A DNA stretch of 40,000 bases from Methanococcoides vulcani. Its GTDB lineage: Archaea > Halobacteriota > Methanosarcinia > Methanosarcinales > Methanosarcinaceae. The stretch's first letter is position 1. Each line of letters starts with the position of its first letter. The notes beneath the pieces are model-generated. The model was not told the DNA's origin. It did no database searches and saw only the letters and a list, made by a program, of their open reading frames with translations. The position numbers and the translations under genes were made by a program. Shown here one piece after another: positions 19,775 through 27,325 of this stretch. The DNA lies in the NCBI RefSeq assembly GCF_900111645.1, contig NZ_FOHQ01000003.1, forward strand, positions 73,803 through 113,802, given 5' to 3'.

Positions 19775-19854
19775 TATGGAATTTGGGTGTTATGTTTGAC
19801 TGCCTGTTCTATTTGACAAAACTTTTAAACCATTGCCTGTAATTATCCATTCAG

Positions 19855-20763
19855 ATGAAAGAAGTAGAACTTACAGACCCCTATACTATACCTTACAGGG
19901 GCATATATGCAGTCTGCGATGAAGAGAATAAGAACGCAGAGATCATTGAGCATACCAATTGCTATAGTGGGGCTGCATGGTCACGTTTTCATTATGCGAG
20001 ATCTCCCCTGATACAGCAGGCACGTGCTGTGGGGAACATGACCCGCTATCTCGTGAACACTGGAGCGTGTGACCTTTCACTCAAGGCATCTGTGGCTGCT
20101 GCAGGGATCGAATCTGTAGTGGTCGAAGACGATGAGGTGTCCATAACCTATGCCGGTCTTGGCGGCGGCGGTGTGGGAGCTACGAAATGCAGGGCACTTG
20201 CACAGGGAGTGCTACGCTACAATGTGAGTGAATCAGGTGGTGGAAGAGCTGCCAAAGGCACTATTGTAGTTCCAAGGCGTGAGCGTGTCCTTATCGGTAT
20301 CGATGATACTGATACAAAGGAAGAGGGTGCCACATGGTCCATGACACACAACATAGCAATGGCGCTTAACTGCAATGAATCCGTTTATCTTTCACATTCA
20401 CTTGTACAGCTCTTCCCGGTATCGGCAAAGACGCAGAACTGTGTTTCCACAGTGCTTGAGTTCGGCTGTGTCAGCAAGGAAGCAAAGCAGGAGCTTCTGG
20501 AAGACCTGAAGGCTGCACTTCTCAAATACAGTGTGTCCGATGAGACCGGAATGGTCGTATTATCCTCATTTGAAGCCTCCAGGATGGAGGAATATAGCAC
20601 CCTGTGCCGCAGTGGTGAGCTTACTAAAGACTTTGCCATGCAGTATGCACGGGACAACGGTGTCGATGTCTGGCTTGATGGCAATGGAGTCATTGGTGCT
20701 CTTGCATCACTTGCGTGGTTCGCACGACCTGACGAATCAGTAGACCTGGAAGCAAAGTTATGA
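19855..20763 (+). CDS. Protein with a TiaS-N-terminal-like (DUF1743-type) domain; possibly 'methanogenesis marker protein 11'
   Basis: VLIGIDDTDTKEEGATWSMTHN resembles the IGIDDTDS...CTT motif at the N-terminus of archaeal TiaS. About 300 aa. The marker-11 name is a recollection and is not verified. Confidence 0.55.
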   Translation: MKEVELTDPYTIPYRGIYAVCDEENKNAEIIEHTNCYSGAAWSRFHYARSPLIQQARAVGNMTRYLVNTGACDLSLKASVAAAGIESVVVEDDEVSITYAGLGGGGVGATKCRALAQGVLRYNVSESGGGRAAKGTIVVPRRERVLIGIDDTDTKEEGATWSMTHNIAMALNCNESVYLSHSLVQLFPVSAKTQNCVSTVLEFGCVSKEAKQELLEDLKAALLKYSVSDETGMVVLSSFEASRMEEYSTLCRSGELTKDFAMQYARDNGVDVWLDGNGVIGALASLAWFARPDESVDLEAKL

Positions 20764-22316
20764 ACAGAACTGACAGGGAGGTCGGAACTTCAGAAATTAC
20801 CGGGCTGGAAGCTCTTTATTTTGCATTGATTGACAGCAAGGTGGAGATGGTCACGGGAGTTGCCGGATTTCCTGTTACTGCCGTAATGGAATATTTCGAG
20901 AAGAATCTCGGTTCTGACATTCCCACACTGTGGATGACGAATGAGAAGGTCGCCCTCGAAGCAGCACTTGGTGCTTCGGTTTCAGGCAAGAGGTCCTTGG
21001 TCCTCACAAAGCATGTGGGTATGAACGTCCTTTCCGACCCCCTTGTTACAGCTGTTACTCACACCATTGGTGCCGGGGTAGTGATTGTTGCCGGAGATGA
21101 TCCGGGGGTCAGAGCATCCCAGAACGAGCAGGATTCACGATGGTACGGTGAGGTGGCAGAGGTTGCTGTATTCGACCCCTCCGGCCCGGATGCTGCATAC
21201 GGGTCACTTGTCAGGGCATTCGAACTTTCTGAAAGAACAAAAACGCCGGTCATAGTCAGGATAACGGATCGTCTGGAAAAAGCCACAGGTCCTGTCACAA
21301 GATCCGATGACATTAAAGCAGAGACCGAAGCTACATTTGACAGGTCTATCTGGAAGCTGACAATGCGTGGTAAGCATCAGCATTTTCACATAAATGTACA
21401 GCCATTGCTTGTGGATGAAGCAGAGAGCAGTTCACTGAACCGATCTGTTAGATCAGGCAGATCAAGCAAAACAGATAAAGTAGGAATAATTTCTTCCGGC
21501 TATCCTTCTTTACTTGTAGATGAGCTATTATCCGAAAGGCAGCTTGAGGTTTCACATCTTTCACTTAATGTTGTATCTCCTCTTCCTGTCAGGAAATTGA
21601 GAGATTTCATATCCGATCACGAAAAAGTTCTTGTTATTGAGGAAAGTGAAGCCTTTATCGAATCCCACATCAGTATCTGTGAGAATGTGCTGGGAAAGAT
21701 GAGCGGGCATCTCCCATATGGTCGCATTGAAAAAGAACAGATCGGTTTTGCGATCGAGAACATCGATAAAGATAAGGTAACTGAATATACTTTTATTGAG
21801 ACCATTGAGGAAAGGGGTTCACGTTCTTTGTGCGAGGACTGTCTTTTCCTGCCGGTCTATAGAATGCTTCATGATCTGGATATTTTCATAGCAGGTGATA
21901 TGGGCTGCTCCATACGCAGTGCCCCTGCGCCCCTTGAAGCCGTTGATGTCGGATTTGCACTTGGTGCTGCTATTTCCACAGCTATAGGTTTCGATAAGAA
22001 GTCCGTTGCTGTTATAGGCGACTTCGGACTTTCACATTCCGGAATTATAGGTCTGATAAATGCTGTCGAGAACGAACGTGATGTACTGGTACTGGTACTG
22101 GACAACAGGACAGCAGCAATGACAGGTGGACAATCCACGCCTGATCTTACAGATGCTGTAAAAGCACTTTGTGATGATGTCACTGTCTTTGAGTTCAATG
22201 ATCCAGAAATTGCTGGTAGCAGGATAAAGGAACTTGAAAGTCTTGTAAGGAATAAGCTCGCAGTAAAGGGTGTTTCGGTAATCTATGTAAGGGCTGAATG
22301 TGTTTTGTATAAGTGA
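20760..22316 (+). CDS. Indolepyruvate:ferredoxin oxidoreductase alpha-subunit-like TPP enzyme, lacking the ferredoxin domain
   Basis: NEKVALEAALGASVSGKRSLVLTKHVGMNVLSDPL...VAGDDPGVRASQNEQDSRWY and GDMGC...IGDFGLSHSGIIGLINAV...LDNRTAAMTGGQ match IorA motifs. I see no CxxCxxCxxxCP motif in the 518 aa. The ATG overlaps the upstream stop codon (ATGA). Confidence 0.75.
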   Translation: MNRTDREVGTSEITGLEALYFALIDSKVEMVTGVAGFPVTAVMEYFEKNLGSDIPTLWMTNEKVALEAALGASVSGKRSLVLTKHVGMNVLSDPLVTAVTHTIGAGVVIVAGDDPGVRASQNEQDSRWYGEVAEVAVFDPSGPDAAYGSLVRAFELSERTKTPVIVRITDRLEKATGPVTRSDDIKAETEATFDRSIWKLTMRGKHQHFHINVQPLLVDEAESSSLNRSVRSGRSSKTDKVGIISSGYPSLLVDELLSERQLEVSHLSLNVVSPLPVRKLRDFISDHEKVLVIEESEAFIESHISICENVLGKMSGHLPYGRIEKEQIGFAIENIDKDKVTEYTFIETIEERGSRSLCEDCLFLPVYRMLHDLDIFIAGDMGCSIRSAPAPLEAVDVGFALGAAISTAIGFDKKSVAVIGDFGLSHSGIIGLINAVENERDVLVLVLDNRTAAMTGGQSTPDLTDAVKALCDDVTVFEFNDPEIAGSRIKELESLVRNKLAVKGVSVIYVRAECVLYK

Positions 22317-22340
22317 AGAATGGGATATGGGGAATTTGGA

Positions 22341-22432
22341 CGGCTTTTTGTGGGTTCGAATCTTACCCCCCGCACAATACTTCGGGGATATAGGGAAAGT
22401 ACGAAAAGGCAACTCCTAAAACTTTCTAACTA
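22341..22432 (+). repeat. Copy A (shorter, partly deleted) of a hairpin-bearing intergenic repeat
   Basis: The perfect 27-bp core CCCCGCACAATACTTCGGGGATATAGG at 22368-22394 is identical to 25602-25628. The flanks are similar: GGCTTTTTGTGG / AATCT..TACC on the left and (G/T)AA(A)GTA(C)GAAAA..AACTCC.AAACTTT on the right. The copy starts 25 nt after the IorA-like stop codon. Confidence 0.8.
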
Positions 22433-22688
22433 TACCCTTCTAGTAAGGCCGTCTACTTACGGCTTATTTTAAGTAAGTCTTGAGAAGGAAAATTGTCTTT
22501 TTTTAATTTATTAAAACGCAATCAGTAAGCACATTTTATGCAAAATATTTATATGCTAAAAATGCATATTACATATGTACATTTCTATCAAATTATTCAG
22601 CTAATTATCTGTAAGATTCAAAAAAAATAGTATTGAAATCGATGCATTAGTTTAGCTGATTATTTGGACTAATGGAAGGTAATCTACA

Positions 22689-23885
22689 ATGAAAATGCTA
22701 CTTCTAAACGGCCATGGAATCAACATGCGGGTTGATGCTGCTAAACTCCATATCAGGGATGGAAGATTTTCAACCACTGAAGATCCTCAAGAGTATGTGT
22801 TCTCTCCCAAGAGGATGGATGTTGATAGTATCATTGTTTATGGTAGAAGTGGATCTCTGAGCCTTGAGGCTATCAGATGGTTGGTCAAACACAATGTACA
22901 GATTACAATTCTCAATTGGGATGGAAAACTGTTGACAACAATGCTTCCTTCTGAAAGTACCAATGTTAAGACAAAGTTTGCCCAGTACCACGCTTATGAA
23001 GATCAGGATACAAGAGTAAAGCTTGCAAGGAAGTTCATTGAAGCCAAGTTCTCTAAATCTGAAGCTGTTCTTGATTATCTGCAGCAAAGGTATCCTGAGA
23101 TTGAGTACGATTTTACTGATGACAAAGCCAGACTTGAGAAAGCCAAATCCATAAGGGAAATACTTGGTGTTGAAGGTGGAGTTGCCTGGAAATACTGGAA
23201 TGAGTATGCCAAAGCTGTTCCTGAACAGTATGATTTCAAGGCAAGAACTGATAATTACAGAAGGGCAAACGGAGCAGGCGACAAAGTCAATGTGATGCTT
23301 AACTATGGGTATGCATTGCTTGAATCTGAGTGCCTGAGAGTCATTAATTCAGTTGGTCTTGATGCTCATGTTGGTTTCCTTCATGAGATGAATCAGAGCA
23401 AGTACAGTCTGGCTTATGATTTCCAAGAGCTGTTCAGGTTTATTGTTGATCTCGCTGTAATGAACCTGATTGAAAAGGGAGCTATGGATAACAAGGATTT
23501 TGTCAGGACTGAGAGCTTTTCTTTGAGGTTAAGACCAACTGGAGCAAGGAAGGTTACTGAAGAGTTTAATTCTGTGATGAATAGCAAAGTCGAGTATAGG
23601 AAAAAGAATAGTTCTTGGGGATCTGTCCTGTTGCTCAAAGCAAGGGAACTAAGCCATCATCTTGTTGGAAAGAGAAAAGCTGTTGAGTTCATGAATCCTT
23701 CTTATAAGATTGAAAGACATGATTCTGATTTATTGAGGAAGAAGATCATTGATATGCCTTATACTGAATGGAAGAAGATGGGTTTCTCTAAGGGTACATT
23801 GCATTACATGAAACAGAATGCTAGAAGTGATAAGCCGTTTACACTCAATGCTCATGTTAGGGAAAGGTTGGAAGGATGGGAATAA
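22689..23885 (+). CDS. cas1: Stand-alone Cas1 integrase (casposase-like, with a C-terminal HTH extension)
   Basis: The Cas1 fold signature runs throughout: N-terminal LLLNGHGINMRVDAAKLHI, then GVEGGVAWKYWNEY (catalytic Glu), NVMLNYGYALLESE and GLDAHVGFLHEMNQSKYSLAYDFQELFR (catalytic His and Asp). The C-terminal MPYTEWKKMGFSKGTLHYMKQN looks like an HTH, as in casposases. No cas2, cas4, array or polB lies nearby. Confidence 0.9.
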   Translation: MKMLLLNGHGINMRVDAAKLHIRDGRFSTTEDPQEYVFSPKRMDVDSIIVYGRSGSLSLEAIRWLVKHNVQITILNWDGKLLTTMLPSESTNVKTKFAQYHAYEDQDTRVKLARKFIEAKFSKSEAVLDYLQQRYPEIEYDFTDDKARLEKAKSIREILGVEGGVAWKYWNEYAKAVPEQYDFKARTDNYRRANGAGDKVNVMLNYGYALLESECLRVINSVGLDAHVGFLHEMNQSKYSLAYDFQELFRFIVDLAVMNLIEKGAMDNKDFVRTESFSLRLRPTGARKVTEEFNSVMNSKVEYRKKNSSWGSVLLLKARELSHHLVGKRKAVEFMNPSYKIERHDSDLLRKKIIDMPYTEWKKMGFSKGTLHYMKQNARSDKPFTLNAHVRERLEGWE

Positions 23886-23989
23886 AAAGGATGAGTAGCA
23901 AAATTATTTATAAGTAAAGGATTGTATCAAAAATGAATTAATTAAAAGCAAAAATTTCTAACTTGTCACAAAAAGAGCAAGGTGTAATC

Positions 23990-25537
23990 GTGAAAACAGT
24001 AATGTTCATATTCCTTCTTGTCCTCTTTTTACCTTTATCTAGTGCACAAGGTCTCGATTTTGACTCAGAAAGATCTCCTCTATTAAGGGATAACAATTCC
24101 CCAATAATTCAAGATGTTTATGGATCTTATGTTTTGACTAATAACACAAGTTTTAGTGGTAAAATAAAGGATTTCAAAGATTCCAATGTCGCTTTTAATT
24201 TTACATTTAACTTTACTTCAGGTAGTCAATCGATAAAAATACAAGACAAGATCATTAATCCAGAATCTTCTTTTTTTTTCAGGTTGGATTACGTTGTTTC
24301 ACCTGAAGTTCATATGATTGAAGCTTTTAGTTTTAACTTAGGCCTATGGCCAGAAAGACTAACAAGTCCAACTCTGTCAACTCTATCAACAGGCCCTCTT
24401 GCTGTTTATAATGAGGATAAGGTTTTAATTTTTCCTACACTACCCAATTCAAGTAACTACTTAGTATGGAAAAATAATGGGTCAACAATTATCTCAATAA
24501 TTACTACTCCTAAAAAAGAGCAAGATTCTTTACATCTTGATATTATGTACTTAGATAAGGAGACAGAAACCTATCGCAATGAAGTTACTAATTTAGGTTT
24601 TTTAGATGAAAAAATTGATGTTTTGTTATATGAACCAACTTCTGCTATACGTGACATTTCACTACACTACGAAAATGGCACTTCCCAAGAAATAGACTTT
24701 TCTGATCCAGAAGATGTTGTTAAGTGGAGTTTTGAGAATGTAATTGTCAAAAATGGAAGTGCACAATGGGGATCTCCTTATTTCACCTACAATCAGTTTA
24801 GTAGTACAAATGAAACATTTGAAAGTATTAGTTTCGATGAAGCTTTGAAGTTGAATTCTTCAGAATGGTTGTATGATGGAAAACAATTTTTTAGAATATT
24901 TGAAGGGAATATAGAAGAAGTCACTGTTGATTATTCAATAGATGGAATTTTTCACTATATACTTGTAACTCAAAGCCAAATTGTACCAAAAATTGTTATC
25001 GAATGTAAAGACAAAGAGATTAACCAATTATCTTTAAAATATAACCAATCTGGAACCACAAAAATTGAAACGATAAACGCTAATGATGATAAAATTATTT
25101 TTAATGAACCACTATTGCTTGAAGGTTCTTCTTTTTATTTTCCATTTGACAGCTATCAATCTAAAATTTATGCCATAAATCCACCATCACTTAAAGAAAA
25201 AAAAAGTGAGTTGCCTTTCGTAGATGGTTCCCGCTTTGAAGGCGATGCACATTTTAAGAGAGATAAAATTGAATTTGAAATGACAAGCCGTAAAGATATT
25301 AAATGCCAATATTGGTTAAGCTTATTATTTTTTTCCATATCATTTACTTTGTTACTATTTTGGGAAAATAACACTAACGACAATAGAAAAAAAATACTCG
25401 AAATTATTTCTATTATTTTTGTTTTTATTGGTAATCAAACATTTTTGGTTAGTATCGGCACGATTCTTTTTTTGATCATAGCCGTCTTTATAGTTTTTTT
25501 GAAGCGTAAACCATTTTTCAAAAACTGTTGTGCATAA
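23990..25537 (+). CDS. Orphan secreted, probably N-glycosylated protein with a C-terminal double-TM anchor (unknown function)
   Basis: Signal peptide (M)KTVMFIFLLVLFLPLSSAQG. I prefer the GTG start at 23990, preceded by AAGGTG; the track uses the TTG at 23963. There are many NxS/T sequons. The C-terminal hydrophobic helices are YWLSLLFFSISFTLLLF and ILEIISIIFVFIG...ILFLIIAVFIVFL. The gene is very AT-rich compared with its neighbours. Confidence 0.7.
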   Translation: MKTVMFIFLLVLFLPLSSAQGLDFDSERSPLLRDNNSPIIQDVYGSYVLTNNTSFSGKIKDFKDSNVAFNFTFNFTSGSQSIKIQDKIINPESSFFFRLDYVVSPEVHMIEAFSFNLGLWPERLTSPTLSTLSTGPLAVYNEDKVLIFPTLPNSSNYLVWKNNGSTIISIITTPKKEQDSLHLDIMYLDKETETYRNEVTNLGFLDEKIDVLLYEPTSAIRDISLHYENGTSQEIDFSDPEDVVKWSFENVIVKNGSAQWGSPYFTYNQFSSTNETFESISFDEALKLNSSEWLYDGKQFFRIFEGNIEEVTVDYSIDGIFHYILVTQSQIVPKIVIECKDKEINQLSLKYNQSGTTKIETINANDDKIIFNEPLLLEGSSFYFPFDSYQSKIYAINPPSLKEKKSELPFVDGSRFEGDAHFKRDKIEFEMTSRKDIKCQYWLSLLFFSISFTLLLFWENNTNDNRKKILEIISIIFVFIGNQTFLVSIGTILFLIIAVFIVFLKRKPFFKNCCA

Positions 25538-25547
25538 TATAAAAAAT

Positions 25548-25665
25548 GGGTTTTGTGGACTCTTTACACAAGCCCGTACAAAAAATCTGGGTTACCTATA
25601 TCCCCGCACAATACTTCGGGGATATAGGTAAGTAGAAAAAACCGAACTCCCAAACTTTTTGTATG
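25548..25665 (+). repeat. Copy B (full-length) of the hairpin-bearing repeat
   Basis: A 15-bp perfect stem, TTACCTATATCCCCG (25592-25606) paired with CGGGGATATAGGTAA (25617-25631), encloses the loop CACAATACTT. An upstream mini-hairpin is TTGTG-GACTCTTTA-CACAA. The copy starts 11 nt after the stop of the preceding ORF. Confidence 0.8.
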
Positions 25666-25824
25666 TTAGATTTTTGTGTAAAATGAATATGATCTGTGCT
25701 TAAAATTAGTAACAGTTATTACTGATCCAATTTCTAAAAAAAGTATTAATAGTTTGAAAAACCACTTTTAAATATAGATAAAATTCGGTATGTATCTTTT
25801 TAATTATTTGGTGGGGGTGAGGAA

Positions 25825-27063
25825 ATGAGAATTAAAAAGAATATGATGATTTGTTTTGGAATGGTTTTAGTATTAATGACCATTGGAACAGCAACAGCAG
25901 GCACGATCACAGTGAACAACAGCACAGGACCAGTAGCAGATTATACCTCGATTCAGGATGCTGTAGATGTCGCAACTAATGGGGATACAATCCTTGTTTA
26001 CCCAGGAACGTATGTCGAAAACGTGGATGTAAACAAAGAATTGACCATTATCGCAGAATCCGGACCTGATGTTACCACTGTCCAGTGTGTTCCGGGGATG
26101 GACGATTACGTCTTCCATGCTGGAAATTTAACCGAAAATGTTAATGTGACCATCAACGGCTTTAATGTAACAGGTGGTAGAGGGATAGGTTTTTCAGAAT
26201 CCTTACACAGCGAGCTGAGAAATAACATTATATCGGACGGGGGAATTTTTGCTGGTGGTAGCGACATTACCGTGATCAATAACACCGTAATTTCGAAAGG
26301 AATAATATTATACGATAGTGAAGGTATTTTAGAGAATAATGAAGTGTTTTCTTGCTCTGGTACTGGAATAACTATTGAAGGTCAGGCAGACGGCACCTTG
26401 GTTAACAACACTATATATGAGAATGGTGTAGGAATTAGGATATGGGACTTTGGCAGCGGCGATATTTACAACAACACCATATATAGGAATGAAGTTGGAA
26501 TCAAGATATATGGGAATTCCTACGGAAAGATAGCTAACAACTATTTCAACAACACGATGAATGCTCAGATTGATGTACCTTATCTCGGCATATACATCAC
26601 CTGGAACACCACCAAAACAGCAGGTGCAAATATCATTGGTGGTCCTTTCCTTGGCGGAAACTACTGGGCACATCCGAATGGCACAGGTTTCAGCCAGATT
26701 GGTGAAGATTTAGATGGGGATGGGATCTGCGATTCACCATATATAATTGATGGGAACAACACCGACTACCTGCCATTGTATTTACCAACACCTGTTGATA
26801 AAATGGAAGCTCTCAAAGAATATGTGAATGGTCTGGATGGAGAGGTTGCAGATTCTACCAAACATGTTCTCAATGTAAAACTCGACGGTGTAATCAAAAA
26901 TCTTGACAAAGGAAATAACGATAATGCCATCAAAAAACTTGAGAATTTCATTAAATTTGTTGATATAAAGGAAAGGCAAGGTAAGTTAGGAACTGAGCAA
27001 GCTGAATACCTAATCAATGAAGCAAATTCTATCATTGAGATGATACAGAATTCAGAAGGGTAA
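25825..27063 (+). CDS. Secreted right-handed parallel beta-helix (PbH1/NosD-like) repeat protein with a C-terminal helical domain
   Basis: Signal peptide MMICFGMVLVLMTIGTATA. Contains GTITVNNSTG...SIQDAVDVATNGDTILVYPGTYVENV and repeated NN.I..N..GI units. GDGICDSPYIIDGNNTDYLPL is typical of archaeal NosD-like surface proteins. Confidence 0.8.
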   Translation: MRIKKNMMICFGMVLVLMTIGTATAGTITVNNSTGPVADYTSIQDAVDVATNGDTILVYPGTYVENVDVNKELTIIAESGPDVTTVQCVPGMDDYVFHAGNLTENVNVTINGFNVTGGRGIGFSESLHSELRNNIISDGGIFAGGSDITVINNTVISKGIILYDSEGILENNEVFSCSGTGITIEGQADGTLVNNTIYENGVGIRIWDFGSGDIYNNTIYRNEVGIKIYGNSYGKIANNYFNNTMNAQIDVPYLGIYITWNTTKTAGANIIGGPFLGGNYWAHPNGTGFSQIGEDLDGDGICDSPYIIDGNNTDYLPLYLPTPVDKMEALKEYVNGLDGEVADSTKHVLNVKLDGVIKNLDKGNNDNAIKKLENFIKFVDIKERQGKLGTEQAEYLINEANSIIEMIQNSEG

Positions 27064-27109
27064 TATAACCCTTCTTAATTTTTTGATAAACTGATCTGAT
27101 TAAAAATCA

Positions 27110-27213
27110 TCAACAGCATTCTCCCCAGTTCTCCAACCTCTCCTTTACATGAGCATTGAGAGTAAACGACTTATCGCTCTGGCTTTAAGTTTCATAACCC
27201 TCAATTTGATACT
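27110..27213 (-). pseudogene. 3'-terminal remnant of a second cas1 (casposase-like) gene, in inverted orientation
   Basis: The reverse complement reads ...NSKYQIEGYET*SQSDKSFTLNAHVKERLENWGECC*, against FSKGTLHYMKQNARSDKPFTLNAHVRERLEGWE* in the intact Cas1. About 40 of 46 nt are identical over GATAAG.CGTTTAC.CTCAATGCTCATGT.A.GGA.AGGTTGGA. There is an internal stop and roughly the N-terminal 370 codons are missing. Confidence 0.75.
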
Positions 27214-27325
27214 TAGAATTTAGCAACATTAAAATCAACATCATCCGGTTGATTTTAAGTATGCTAAATAGTTACCTTATTATTTCCCTTGTTTCCTAAC
27301 AAATTAGATCCGAAACTTAGTTCCT

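Larger units (their letters stand above)
22341..27213. mobile_element. Putative casposon-derived / Cas1-solo mobile island (boundaries uncertain; may extend to about 28950)
   Basis: An intact casposase-like cas1, an inverted cas1 remnant, direct hairpin repeats and low-GC cargo genes lie between conserved core genes. No PolB or clear TIRs were found, so this is not a canonical casposon. Confidence 0.4.

Noticed and set aside
22349-22372. tRNA-like T-arm string TGGGTTCGAATCTTACCCCCCG immediately left of repeat copy A. It was considered as a tRNA 3' end, the classic casposon/integrase target.
   Set aside because: The putative T-stem does not pair (GTGGG versus CTTAC). No acceptor-stem complement, D-arm or anticodon arm can be found upstream. 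Copy B lacks the TTCGAA string. At most it is a highly decayed fragment, so I do not call it a tRNA.
22368-25628. The possibility that the two 27-bp identical cores are CRISPR repeats (an array next to cas1).
   Set aside because: There are only two copies, 3234 bp apart, with protein-coding genes between them, and similarity extends into both flanks. This is not a repeat-spacer array. The resemblance to hairpin-type CRISPR repeats is noted only as a curiosity.
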